In this document: positions 17,804-27,735 of the stretch, piece by piece
Layout of the letters: each line of letters starts with the position of its first letter
Numbering within the stretch: position 1 is the stretch's first letter
DNA from: a phage
Length of the DNA: 64,000 nucleotides
Reading direction: 5' to 3' (one strand)
Sequence record: PZ495249.1
Notes under the pieces: generated by a model
Databases searched by the model: none
What the model was told of the DNA's origin: nothing
The model's input: the letters and a program-made list of their open reading frames with translations, nothing else
Position numbers and translations under genes: made by a program

Positions 17804-20296
17804 TTAAGCGTAACCACCTGGTTTGAAACCAAGTAGGCTCGTTCCGTCCCATAACAGACTAACTGTGCAACGTCCAGTGGTGTAGGTTGGAGCCGTTCCA
17901 TCTGTCCAGTTGATTGTGTTAGTCCATGACACTGAACCTGTATTACCAGTGAAGATAACAACAATGGTCATCGCTCTACCCGCTGGTAGGTTAGTAATCG
18001 TTAGGGTTTTGCTTGATGCCAGAGAGACAGTAAACACTTGTCCCTGACTTGCGTCAAGTGTAGCAGTTGCAGTAGATACAGCCAAATCGTAACGATTTAG
18101 ACGAGTCCACACACCACCGCTTTGCATGTAATATCCATCTGTGGTAGGGGCTTTCGCCAGTGTTTCTACCCAAGCTGTATCTTTACGTGCATAAACTTTC
18201 CCATCAGCAGGAGCATCTGAGATTCCTGGAGAAGGAATCGTAAACGCTGTCCAACCACCGTCTTTACGAGCGTACATAGAGCCATCGCTTGGTGCGTCAT
18301 AGACGTTACCACCACCCATGTAACCCATAGAAGCCCAGTTAAGGCTGCTGGTTTTCTGGAAGAACTGTAGTGTTAAGGAGTTTAGGAAGTAGTCGCCTAC
18401 ACGTCCGTCAGCAGGTCCAGGGTTACGCTGCAATACGATCCACAGTGTACCTTGATCACCCTTATCACCTTTCACACCCTGCGCACCTTGCGGTCCCGCT
18501 GGTCCCTGGATATTACCTGCGTTCTGGTATGATCCATTTCCTGAGCTATCTACGTTCCAAACCCAGAAGTTGCCATCAATCAGATAACCTTCACCGATGG
18601 TTCCAGTTGCAGGAAGATCTGCGGTTGAATCAAGTTCACCAAGGATCTTAACCCCTGGTCCCATAGGACCTGGAATACCCTGAATACCTTGTTCCCCTTG
18701 AATACCCTGCTCACCCTGGATACCTTGTGGACCGCTGTTCACGCCCATATCGATCCAAGCTGTACCGCTCCAGATGTATGAACGCTGGTGAATGTAGTAC
18801 ATGTCACCTTGAATGTTACCAGTGGTAGGTAGGTCTGAGGTGTTACTTAGTTCACCCTTCGCATGAATAGAATTACCAGTGGCTCCTGTTGCACCTTGTT
18901 CCCCTTGGATGCCACGAAGAACACCCATATCCACCCAACCTTCACTCTTGTCAAAGTTTAGCGTATAGATGTAAAGATTGCCAGTGTCTTCTAAGCTATA
19001 TGCGCTACCGTATGGAGGCTTAACTGGAAGATCGCTTGCAGATGGTACTTGACCTTTAGCGGTGATTGAGATACCTTGTAGAACACCAGCGTTGAGCCAT
19101 TCACCAGTTCCTGCAACAGGATCTATTGCTACCCAAATATAGATGTATTTATCAGGACCGACTAAGTAAGCTGTACCATAATTAACATCTTCCGGCGGAG
19201 GTAATTGACTTTCGTTATCTACTTCACCTACGATGTTAAGACCTGTACCAGGAACACCTTGGATACCAGGTACACCTTGCTCGCCTTGGATACCTTGTTC
19301 ACCTCTATCTCCTTTATCTCCCTTCAGAGATGCAAGGAAATCGGCTTCGGAACCAAAGTTACCAGCATTAATCCAGATTTGGTAAGCGGAGTCCCCGTCT
19401 TTACCATCTGCACCGTTTGTACCAGCATTACCTTTGTCTCCCTTATCCCCTTTGTCGCCTTTCGGACCGACAATAGCTCCCATGTCCACCCACGCAGTAC
19501 CGTTAGATACGTAGAGGTAGGTTCCATAGCTCCATGCCTGAGATACGTTAGCTGGAGATGGTAGTGGCAGTAGTCCAGGATCAGAGATAGCACCCTGATA
19601 ATCAAATCCGTTAGCGTTTACACCAGGATCACCTTTCTGTCCTTGTGGACTTGGATCACCTTTATCGCCCTTGATGGATTGAACGAAGTCAAGCTCTGTA
19701 CCTGTGTTACCAACGTCTAACCAACTTTGATACGCAGATTTACCTTCCGGTCCCACTTGACCAACAGGCGACCATTGGATACTATCCCATACCCACATTT
19801 GCTCTTGAACAATATATGCATCACCAGGAGAGTTTCCTGTCATAGGTAGGTCGGATACAGAATCAAAGCTTCCTTTGATTACAAGACCACTACCTGTATC
19901 TCCTTTCAGAGAATCAAGCCATTCTTGTTCAGTACCGACGAAGCCATTATCTACCGCAATATCATATGCAGATTTACCAGCTTCTGGAATTTGTGTAGCG
20001 AGGTCGTCGATCTCTTGTTGAATAGTTGTGAACTTGGCATTGATAATAGCAATATCGTCAGCTTTACCAACGTTAACCCAAGTGTTAACACCGATGCCAC
20101 CTGTAGAACCAGGGGTAGAGTTTGCTGGAACGACTTTCGGTAAAGCGCCCTTCCATTGATAGTAGTTACCGTCTGTATCGTACAGTAATACTTCTCTTGC
20201 ATTTGTTAATGTAAAGCCAGCTACAAAGCTTCTACGCTTTCTGTAGGTAGCTTCGACCATATCAGCAATAGCGCTATTAGGTCTTGTTAGAATCAT
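17804..20296 (-). CDS. tail fibre protein with collagen-like Gly-X-Y repeats
   Basis: 830 aa; GXY tracts such as GPQGIQGEQGIQGEQGIQGIPGPMGPG and GPKGDKGDKGDKGNAGTNGADGKDG. Confidence 0.7.
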   Translation of the reverse strand: MILTRPNSAIADMVEATYRKRRSFVAGFTLTNAREVLLYDTDGNYYQWKGALPKVVPANSTPGSTGGIGVNTWVNVGKADDIAIINAKFTTIQQEIDDLATQIPEAGKSAYDIAVDNGFVGTEQEWLDSLKGDTGSGLVIKGSFDSVSDLPMTGNSPGDAYIVQEQMWVWDSIQWSPVGQVGPEGKSAYQSWLDVGNTGTELDFVQSIKGDKGDPSPQGQKGDPGVNANGFDYQGAISDPGLLPLPSPANVSQAWSYGTYLYVSNGTAWVDMGAIVGPKGDKGDKGDKGNAGTNGADGKDGDSAYQIWINAGNFGSEADFLASLKGDKGDRGEQGIQGEQGVPGIQGVPGTGLNIVGEVDNESQLPPPEDVNYGTAYLVGPDKYIYIWVAIDPVAGTGEWLNAGVLQGISITAKGQVPSASDLPVKPPYGSAYSLEDTGNLYIYTLNFDKSEGWVDMGVLRGIQGEQGATGATGNSIHAKGELSNTSDLPTTGNIQGDMYYIHQRSYIWSGTAWIDMGVNSGPQGIQGEQGIQGEQGIQGIPGPMGPGVKILGELDSTADLPATGTIGEGYLIDGNFWVWNVDSSGNGSYQNAGNIQGPAGPQGAQGVKGDKGDQGTLWIVLQRNPGPADGRVGDYFLNSLTLQFFQKTSSLNWASMGYMGGGNVYDAPSDGSMYARKDGGWTAFTIPSPGISDAPADGKVYARKDTAWVETLAKAPTTDGYYMQSGGVWTRLNRYDLAVSTATATLDASQGQVFTVSLASSKTLTITNLPAGRAMTIVVIFTGNTGSVSWTNTINWTDGTAPTYTTGRCTVSLLWDGTSLLGFKPGGYA
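18460..19435 (-). repeat. coding collagen-like GXY repeat region inside the tail fibre gene
   Basis: Five or more interrupted Gly-X-Y tracts; approximate boundaries. Confidence 0.6.
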
Positions 20297-20340
20297 TTAT
20301 TACTCCTCGTTCGATTATTAAACGGTAGCATAGAAATTAA

Positions 20341-20360
20341 AGAGGGGATTTCTCCCCTCT
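20341..20360 (-). terminator. intrinsic terminator, copy 2 of the identical hairpin
   Basis: Same 20 nt as 17780..17799, placed right after the tailspike stop codon. Confidence 0.55.
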
Positions 20361-20362
20361 AT

Positions 20363-23300
20363 TTACGTCGTTGGTACATCGTTTGGAGTTGGACGAATTA
20401 CCGCAGTGTTACCCACTGAAACATTACTTGCGTCGTTAGGAACAGTTTTAATTCTAATTCCAGCCGCAGTAGCTGTTTGAATAGGATCGGCAATATCAAT
20501 CTTGACAGGGTTTGTCCACAGGTCATTATCTTGATATGGTGCGCGGGTAATTACAGTATCGAGATCTGCACCACCTGCACCTGCCCCAGGAATACGGATA
20601 CGTGTTCCGGCTGATAATGGGTAATGGTATAACCAAGAAGCGTTTGTCGCCGTTCCATTTGGTACTAAGTTCTGAGCCAGTGATTTATCGCCAACAGTTG
20701 TTGCACGAATTCCGAATGCTGCAATATCTGGGATATATGCACCACTTGTCGTAACAAGGAAGAACGTGTTATCTGCTTTAACGATCATGTCACCTTTATC
20801 AAACTCTTTCCCAGTTGGGAAGTGCAGACCATCAATGTTTCTGCTTGGGTTAGCTTCCAGGTAATAAACCTTTCCGGTAGAACCAAGAAGAGCACCAATT
20901 CCGCCAGCGATGTTGGTATACATGTTGGCTTCAACGTTACAGTTGACACGGTGAATGTCAGAGTAACGGCAACGGCTCCATGCTGGACGACCACTAACCA
21001 TTGTGTTACCATTTGGGTAGCAGTTTACGTTAACCATTTCAAGAACAGATTTCTCGCGACGGAAGAATCCATCGTAGAATGTACCTGGTCCTGACTCTGG
21101 TTGACCAACACACTCGAAGCTGTTACAAGTGATGTTTGACATTGACAGCCAAGAAGCAATACCGAATAGCTGTAGTGCAGCACAACGGATGTTCTCGAAG
21201 CTCACACGGTTTTCAAATCCTGGTCCTGCTGAAACACCTGCGAACACACGCCCTGTGCGGGTATGAACGTTCTTAACAGAGTAGTTGAAGCAAGGGTTTG
21301 AAGGTCTACCTTGTGGTGGCTGAACTGGTTGTCCATCCGGTCCCAATACTGGGTTAGTACCCCACTCCAAGTAAATCAGACGGATATTACTTGCTGGAGT
21401 GTTAGCATCAGTTTTAGGTTCACCGTAAACACCGTCAATCGTGAAGTCTTTGCTTCCGTACATTACCACTGCACCTGTTGCTAAACCAGTACCTGTCGAA
21501 ACAGTCTGATCAGGATCACCGTGGATGTTCTCAATAGTAATGTTACGTCCAACTTCTACGTGAACAATTTGACGACAACGTTTTGCAAACACGTTGCGGA
21601 TTGTGATATTCTTACAGTATTGACTGTCTGGGATATCGTAACCATATGGTCCCTGTCCTGCCACACCGATACCGATACCCCAGTTGGAGTTAGCGATAGG
21701 AGCGTTTGTACCGTCAATGTTAGACAGATAGATGTTCTCGATCACACAACCATCATCATAGTGTTTACTGATAACGTTAAGTTCGATAGCATCACCTTGC
21801 ATATCCATGAAGGTAAGGTTGCGGAATACACCACGAGTTACAGGCTCACCAGTACCTTGTTGAAGAATACCGTATAAACCGTTTTTGAAGGTACAGTTGT
21901 CAATCTCGAATGTACCCGTGATTGGGTTGCCCTGGAATACCAGGCTACCAACTTGTCCTGCGCGTGGCGCACCGTCCCACAGGCAGTCGTAGATACGAAC
22001 TGCACCACCCCAATACATAACGCGAGCGTTACGGAAGGTTACACCTTCTAAGGTAGCATTTTGTAAACGATAGTCACGTTGACCACGGAATACACCACCT
22101 TTCAGCGTGATACCAGTGATATCAAAGCTGCTTGTAGTGAAAGTCATGTCACACCCGTAGGCGTTCAACACTTTCCCTTTGCTGTTAGCAGTTGCTGTCA
22201 GAGCCGCCTGGAAAGCTGCTTCTGGTGTGGTGTATTTTGAATTGTTCGCAAACTCAGACAAGTAAACAACGTCGAACAGATCGTTGAATACACCACCGTG
22301 TGGTGTTAGAAGCGCTTCTGTGTTCGTCAGAACCCAAGTGGTAGGGCTAACCCCTCCGCTGCTTTCTAAAGTGTCTGTAGCTGAAATTGTCTTAGGTAGA
22401 GTACCAGCCCAACGATAACGACCTGAACCCATACCGATAGTTTGGTTCTTGATAGTTAAAGTAGCTGCGTTACCGAAGCTCGTTGGCAGGTGAACAAATT
22501 GTCCACGTTCAACAGCCAGTGCAGCAAGGTCAACTGTACCACCTGAGTAAGTTAACACACCTGTTGCAGAAAGGCTACCGAAGTTACCGCTAATACCTAC
22601 TGGTAGAGTGTACGCTGCTTGGGTTGTAGGATCGTAAAGAGCCTTAATCCCTGTTAGAGACTGCCCTGTTTGTGCTAAACCAACTTCTGCATCTTTCAGA
22701 CCGAACTTACGTGCCACAATCTGTGTTGGAACTTTACTCATCTGAGTCGTCAGATCAGAAGTAGTAGTTTCCAGTGCAGTAACACGGTTTGCCAGGTTAG
22801 GATCGTTATCTGCGGCAGCTACAATTTTACCAATGTACGCAAACAGTTTGTTAGGTAGTCCAGTAGCAGGATCTAAACCAAGAGGTTCAGAAAGAATGAT
22901 CTTGCTGTCCTGAATAGTATACGCATCACCAACAATCTGCACAACCCCGTTGATAGTTACGATAGCACTATCAAACACGTATGGAGGGCTGATAACTTTC
23001 TCATAACCTGTTGCGCCAGTGTACAACCAAGGGTATACTTCGTTAGCAAGCTGTTCAGTTTTCATAGCCCAGAGAACCCAGTTATTATCTCCTACTGGAG
23101 TCCCTTGCATAGGGATTGGGTTAGCGGTTGTCGCTGTTGGAGCGTAGTAATACCCACTCAGAATCCCATTCTGGAAGAAACGGAGTTGGTTAAATACTGT
23201 TTCATTAGTACCTGCCGCCCAAGCGACAGGGCTTTTGAAATAGAAGTTATCAAGCAACGCTTTACGCAGCGTAGGAATTAAACCTGTTTCAGTTTCAACC

Positions 23301-23407
23301 GTAGCTGTCGCAGCACCGTTAATAACATCGTGCAACTGGTTAGAAGAGAAAATAACCAGGTCAACACCCTGATCGAGTGTTGTAGCAGGATATGTTGGAA
23401 ATGCCAT
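20363..23407 (-). CDS. tailspike protein with right-handed beta-helix (pectate-lyase-like, candidate depolymerase)
   Basis: 1014 aa; long run of N/G/T/V-rich beta-helix-type repeats (NITIRN, NITIEN). Confidence 0.6.
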   Translation of the reverse strand: MAFPTYPATTLDQGVDLVIFSSNQLHDVINGAATATVETETGLIPTLRKALLDNFYFKSPVAWAAGTNETVFNQLRFFQNGILSGYYYAPTATTANPIPMQGTPVGDNNWVLWAMKTEQLANEVYPWLYTGATGYEKVISPPYVFDSAIVTINGVVQIVGDAYTIQDSKIILSEPLGLDPATGLPNKLFAYIGKIVAAADNDPNLANRVTALETTTSDLTTQMSKVPTQIVARKFGLKDAEVGLAQTGQSLTGIKALYDPTTQAAYTLPVGISGNFGSLSATGVLTYSGGTVDLAALAVERGQFVHLPTSFGNAATLTIKNQTIGMGSGRYRWAGTLPKTISATDTLESSGGVSPTTWVLTNTEALLTPHGGVFNDLFDVVYLSEFANNSKYTTPEAAFQAALTATANSKGKVLNAYGCDMTFTTSSFDITGITLKGGVFRGQRDYRLQNATLEGVTFRNARVMYWGGAVRIYDCLWDGAPRAGQVGSLVFQGNPITGTFEIDNCTFKNGLYGILQQGTGEPVTRGVFRNLTFMDMQGDAIELNVISKHYDDGCVIENIYLSNIDGTNAPIANSNWGIGIGVAGQGPYGYDIPDSQYCKNITIRNVFAKRCRQIVHVEVGRNITIENIHGDPDQTVSTGTGLATGAVVMYGSKDFTIDGVYGEPKTDANTPASNIRLIYLEWGTNPVLGPDGQPVQPPQGRPSNPCFNYSVKNVHTRTGRVFAGVSAGPGFENRVSFENIRCAALQLFGIASWLSMSNITCNSFECVGQPESGPGTFYDGFFRREKSVLEMVNVNCYPNGNTMVSGRPAWSRCRYSDIHRVNCNVEANMYTNIAGGIGALLGSTGKVYYLEANPSRNIDGLHFPTGKEFDKGDMIVKADNTFFLVTTSGAYIPDIAAFGIRATTVGDKSLAQNLVPNGTATNASWLYHYPLSAGTRIRIPGAGAGGADLDTVITRAPYQDNDLWTNPVKIDIADPIQTATAAGIRIKTVPNDASNVSVGNTAVIRPTPNDVPTT

Positions 23408-23748
23408 TAATTTTTGTCCTTACTTTGTGTGCGTTTAGTTATTTCCTCTAACATCATCTGGATAGTCGCATTCTTGAGATCCATAATCTTTTCGATTTTC
23501 TGTTCAAGAGCGGTATTGTTTGCCATCAGAGTAGAGTTTATCTGGTTCAGCATCTGAGCAAGTTCGGCTTTCGTTGCGTAAGTTGATTCGACAAAGACGA
23601 GTTTCTTTTCTAATTCTCGATACTTGTCTTCAACTTCTTCTAAATCCGATGACATGTCATCAACTTTCTGTTTGAAGAAGAACCAGATAACACCAATTAA
23701 AGGGAGTATCGTTTCCTTTGCGATATCCCATAGTTCGGTAATTTGCAT
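23407..23748 (-). CDS. hypothetical protein (possible fibre assembly factor)
   Basis: 113 aa; coiled-coil-like; start overlaps upstream stop. Confidence 0.35.
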   Translation of the reverse strand: MQITELWDIAKETILPLIGVIWFFFKQKVDDMSSDLEEVEDKYRELEKKLVFVESTYATKAELAQMLNQINSTLMANNTALEQKIEKIMDLKNATIQMMLEEITKRTQSKDKN

Positions 23749-23757
23749 GTGATCTCC

Positions 23758-24303
23758 TTATTTGGTTGGCAGGATAGGCCATTCAATATTAGTTGGATAG
23801 CCCTCTTGCGAAGTCACACGGCTTAGATATACCAAGTAACGTTGCAATTCTTTTAAGTAGGCAGCTTCTTCGTCAGTCATCATATCCAACTCTTTAGCCG
23901 CCTGTAACGGAGCCATAAGTTGAGAGACTTCGTTTTGTAATGTATCTGCTTTACTTTTTGCATTTGCAATCAGTTCTTCACGAGTTGGTATACGATCTTT
24001 TATTTTCCCTGTTCGAAGATCAAACACCTTGTTTTTGAAATCATCAATGACACCATCTAAATCAATATCGGCAATGCAAGCATTGATAGGCCACAAGCCA
24101 GATACATCCTTGGAGACGGATGTAATTACCCCAGACTGTTTATCGAAAACAATTTTCAGCTTATCATTATCAAACAAACGCTGGCATTCGTACCAATCTA
24201 CACCTTCTTGACTTTTCAGAAAAATGACGTTTAAAGTTTTCTGTAACTCCAGCTTGTCTTTATCTTCTGGGTTGTAAATTTTAAAATTTGTTAAAATAGT
24301 CAT
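23758..24303 (-). CDS. hypothetical protein (possible tail fibre chaperone)
   Basis: Start set at ATG 24303 (TAATG overlap with upstream stop) rather than ORF-track 24327. Confidence 0.4.
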   Translation of the reverse strand: MTILTNFKIYNPEDKDKLELQKTLNVIFLKSQEGVDWYECQRLFDNDKLKIVFDKQSGVITSVSKDVSGLWPINACIADIDLDGVIDDFKNKVFDLRTGKIKDRIPTREELIANAKSKADTLQNEVSQLMAPLQAAKELDMMTDEEAAYLKELQRYLVYLSRVTSQEGYPTNIEWPILPTK

Positions 24304-25358
24304 TATAATTGTCCCACCGTGTACCAATTTCCGTTAACATTCTTCTGGACAGGTTTGAAATATAATGTATCCCCGCCAGGGTTTTCACCCTCGAAGTAAT
24401 AACCCATTACAAAACCGCCACCATCTGCTAAGACAGCCTGATTGTGTTTAATAATCTTCGTGTACGTCGCGCCTAAGCGGATATCTATAACACAGTTAGC
24501 AAGAGTCCAGTTCCAGTTGTTAGAGATCTGCCCTTGCAGGTAGTCCTGTACGTTAGTAATACGGTTGTTAACTGCACCAATCTGAGAGTTGATGTAGTTA
24601 GTTAGGTTGGTATTAACGTTGTTGATGTTGTTTTGCAACGTCGTCTGTAACGTGTTTAAACGTGAGTTTAAATAGTCTAAACGAACAAGCGCATTCTGGT
24701 TCACTGTATCCTGTGCATCGTTTGTACGAGGACTTGTCAGGGTAACATAACCACCATCCCACATAGTAACAACAGCAGTTTGAGCACCGTTTGCAGGGTT
24801 AATACGTGCCATTGATAAATAACCACCACCCGCATAAGTGGATGAGAAGTTACCATTAGTCTGACCAGCGAAATTCTGAAAGAAGATCGTTGCAGCATCT
24901 GTTGTGCTTGTACCACAGACATAAATATCACCGCCCCAAATACCACCATTACCATCTCGCTTAACTAATACGTTAGGAGTGACAACATTACTTGTAGCAT
25001 CTGAGATATTCGCTGATAAGTGGTTGTGACTGTTATCTACCACCTGAATTGAAAGAGTAACCTCTTTGTTACCATTCCAAGTTACAGAACCCGTGGCATC
25101 ACCAGCCATTGTAATCTTAGTACCAACAAGCGGAAGATAGGTGTTTGGTAACGTTGGCATGAAGTCATCTACGATGTAGTGAATCCATAATCCAAGGTTA
25201 TTCAGCAGCCAGTTTAATTCTTCGCAAGTCATAATTTGACCGAAGTCCATACCCACTGTGCGGATAGTTTCTTTCGGTCTAATCTTGTTTGTGTTCCCTG
25301 TCCCTGGAAGCGTTACTGTTTGTGTCGCCCAATCAGGGTAGTATGTTGGCTTAGCCAT
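24303..25358 (-). CDS. tail fibre protein
   Basis: 351 aa; Asn/Thr/Gly-rich with C-terminal NxxN repeats; lies after the baseplate genes. Confidence 0.5.
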   Translation of the reverse strand: MAKPTYYPDWATQTVTLPGTGNTNKIRPKETIRTVGMDFGQIMTCEELNWLLNNLGLWIHYIVDDFMPTLPNTYLPLVGTKITMAGDATGSVTWNGNKEVTLSIQVVDNSHNHLSANISDATSNVVTPNVLVKRDGNGGIWGGDIYVCGTSTTDAATIFFQNFAGQTNGNFSSTYAGGGYLSMARINPANGAQTAVVTMWDGGYVTLTSPRTNDAQDTVNQNALVRLDYLNSRLNTLQTTLQNNINNVNTNLTNYINSQIGAVNNRITNVQDYLQGQISNNWNWTLANCVIDIRLGATYTKIIKHNQAVLADGGGFVMGYYFEGENPGGDTLYFKPVQKNVNGNWYTVGQL

Positions 25359-25367
25359 TTAAACTCC

Positions 25368-25997
25368 TTACTCTATTTGCGCTATTAGCATACACATGCG
25401 TCCAGTTTCTTCTCCGGTAGATTCCATGTATAGGGAACCCAGGCCACCAATCCCATGAGGGGGCTTAGTCGCGTAATAGGAAGTGAAACCGAAAGCCGAT
25501 CCAGACTTCGCTCCTAAACGGTAGCTACTTAAAATTGGGAAAACGTTAAGCAGTTGCGCAATAGCCTGATCAGATTGCAGACACAAGTTATAAAAGAATA
25601 CGTCGAAGGTTTTGTTTAACCCAACGTATGTGTTAATCGTAGATCTATCTGTACCTGTGAAACGAGCGAAAATATCAATAATGTCGCCTCGTGTACCAGA
25701 GGATGCAACACGATATGCCCTGATTTTTAAAATCGTTCTATACTCTTCATCGTCAGAACCATTTCGTTCGATCCCCATTTCTTCACCGATGATATCGAGA
25801 TATTCACCTGTAGCAGTGGAGATCAAACGGTGTTTAGCAAGATAGATCATTGCCTGATCTATCTTTTGCTTTTCACTTGAAATGACGTAAAGGAGCTTGA
25901 CAATGTTTTCAGAAGATTTAAAATCTTCAATCAGGAGGTTTTTAACATCTTCATTGATATTATCCCAAGTCGTTACATGGTCAACACTCACTGCCAT
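25368..25997 (-). CDS. baseplate protein (gpI-like position)
   Basis: 209 aa immediately downstream of the baseplate J-like gene. Confidence 0.4.
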   Translation of the reverse strand: MAVSVDHVTTWDNINEDVKNLLIEDFKSSENIVKLLYVISSEKQKIDQAMIYLAKHRLISTATGEYLDIIGEEMGIERNGSDDEEYRTILKIRAYRVASSGTRGDIIDIFARFTGTDRSTINTYVGLNKTFDVFFYNLCLQSDQAIAQLLNVFPILSSYRLGAKSGSAFGFTSYYATKPPHGIGGLGSLYMESTGEETGRMCMLIAQIE

Positions 25998-25999
25998 TT

Positions 26000-27487
26000 T
26001 TAGACTCCGTATTCGTATGAAATGTTTTCAAGGTCGAATGATGGTACAACGTTGTACGCAGGAACGATATCGCTCTCAGTGTATTTACTGTCATCCTCAG
26101 TATTAAGTTTAACATAAACACGCAGAGAAGTCAAGCGTCCAAACGCCAGAGCGGAATAAATTACCCCTTTAATCTGGTCGTTAGTAACAGTTGAACCTAA
26201 TTCGAAGTAAGCTTGCAGGTCAGAGAGAGCCTTGACAATGTTTTCTCTTTCTGTCGTACTTAGAGTAGAACCGTTAGCACTCTGATAAACCAGTTTCAGA
26301 GAGTAAACTTGGCTATCACCTGGAGAGAAACGAATAATCTCTTGACCACCGTCTTCCGTTGTGATAGTAATAGCTGTAGTCCCATAAGTCAGGGTGTTGA
26401 TTGGCTTAGTGTCATAAATAACTTTAGCCACTTCCTCAGCGTTACCACCGAATACGATAGTTTGGAAAGTAAAGGCTGGTGCATATGTCTGATCGTGCAG
26501 TGTCGGGTTATCATAAATCTTAACCTTAGTTACACCGTCAGTTAACAGCAGAGCTTTGACAATCGCAGCACGAGTAGCAGCATTTGCTTCATCAAGGTTG
26601 TCATTGAAACGTGAACGGAATTCCGCATCGGTTTCAACATCACGACCTGGGGAGAATGCATAGAAGTTACCAGTGTCTAAGTAACCCGCAAATGTTGAAG
26701 AGATACCAGTGATACTCTCCACGCCAACAGGGTTATATCCAGCCTCTGCACCAACGACAGGAATTTCACTCCACTTAATTCCGATAGGAATGGAAGCGTA
26801 GAATTTCATTGGAGTAACAAGCCCAACGGGATTAACGTTATCTGAGGTATTAAAACCTACGTATACGTTGCTTGAATCGTTCCATACAAGGTTTCTATCC
26901 GTGATAGATACGTTTGCCTTAATGAAATTCATTAAGTCTGTAATGAACGTTGTAGAGTTCGGATTTAGCGTTTTACTGTTCAGACCACCATCACTTGCGT
27001 TCTGCATGTAGAATGTAATAGCGTTTACACCAGATCCTGTTGCGTTAGCCTTGGAAATAGTGTATGCTCCAATCTTAGCATTAAGCATGGTAGGAGTGCT
27101 GACGTAATATGTCAAGTCGTTATCTGCATTGAAATAGGTTTCTGTGCCTAATTCATAAGTCCAAGCAGCTTTGTTGTTTGTCTTAACGTAAGCATAACCA
27201 CTACCAGCAGATGCACCTTGGCGGTAGAAACCACGTTTAGAGAAAATCTCGTCGAGGTAAATACCTTCTGCGCCATCTAAGGTTTGCGTGTTATAGACAC
27301 CCTGCATACCTTCCCACAATGTGTAGTCGGTGTATGCAACAATGCGGAACAACTGCCCGAAAACCGTATCTTCGGAAGTTGCAGTGTCTGCCCCGAAAGT
27401 GTTTTTCAGGGAAGTCATGTAGTTATTCAGAATGTCATCGAATGTCGGGATTACAAATCCCGCATCTGTTAGGCCATAATCTGCCAT
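26000..27487 (-). CDS. baseplate J-like protein
   Basis: 495 aa; size and position typical of Baseplate_J proteins. Confidence 0.5.
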   Translation of the reverse strand: MADYGLTDAGFVIPTFDDILNNYMTSLKNTFGADTATSEDTVFGQLFRIVAYTDYTLWEGMQGVYNTQTLDGAEGIYLDEIFSKRGFYRQGASAGSGYAYVKTNNKAAWTYELGTETYFNADNDLTYYVSTPTMLNAKIGAYTISKANATGSGVNAITFYMQNASDGGLNSKTLNPNSTTFITDLMNFIKANVSITDRNLVWNDSSNVYVGFNTSDNVNPVGLVTPMKFYASIPIGIKWSEIPVVGAEAGYNPVGVESITGISSTFAGYLDTGNFYAFSPGRDVETDAEFRSRFNDNLDEANAATRAAIVKALLLTDGVTKVKIYDNPTLHDQTYAPAFTFQTIVFGGNAEEVAKVIYDTKPINTLTYGTTAITITTEDGGQEIIRFSPGDSQVYSLKLVYQSANGSTLSTTERENIVKALSDLQAYFELGSTVTNDQIKGVIYSALAFGRLTSLRVYVKLNTEDDSKYTESDIVPAYNVVPSFDLENISYEYGV

Positions 27488-27735
27488 TAATCTTCCTCCT
27501 TCTTATCAGGGGCAGGTGTTCTGCCCCAACGTAGATCGATCAGATTCTTCATTAAGCGTGAAGGTGTGATCATGAAAACGAAAGCCCAACCCATCCACTC
27601 AGGGATCTCTTTTTCGATCCCTAAGAAGATGAACATTCCTGTCATGGTAAGCATTCCGACTGCGTTCCACACTTTGGTAGAACTAACTTTGCTGTTTGGA
27701 TAAGTACAAAACATTCCGATTAAAAATTTCTTCAT
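27487..27735 (-). CDS. small membrane protein
   Basis: 82 aa with two or three hydrophobic segments (GMLTMTGMFIFLGI, WMGWAFVFMITP); overlapping stops and starts with both neighbours. Confidence 0.45.
   Translation of the reverse strand: MKKFLIGMFCTYPNSKVSSTKVWNAVGMLTMTGMFIFLGIEKEIPEWMGWAFVFMITPSRLMKNLIDLRWGRTPAPDKKEED

Noticed and set aside
18400-19700. Periodic 9-nt nucleotide repeats that could be mistaken for a CRISPR or tandem-repeat array
   Set aside because: They are the coding Gly-X-Y repeats of the tail fibre; there are no direct repeats separated by unique spacers and no cas genes.
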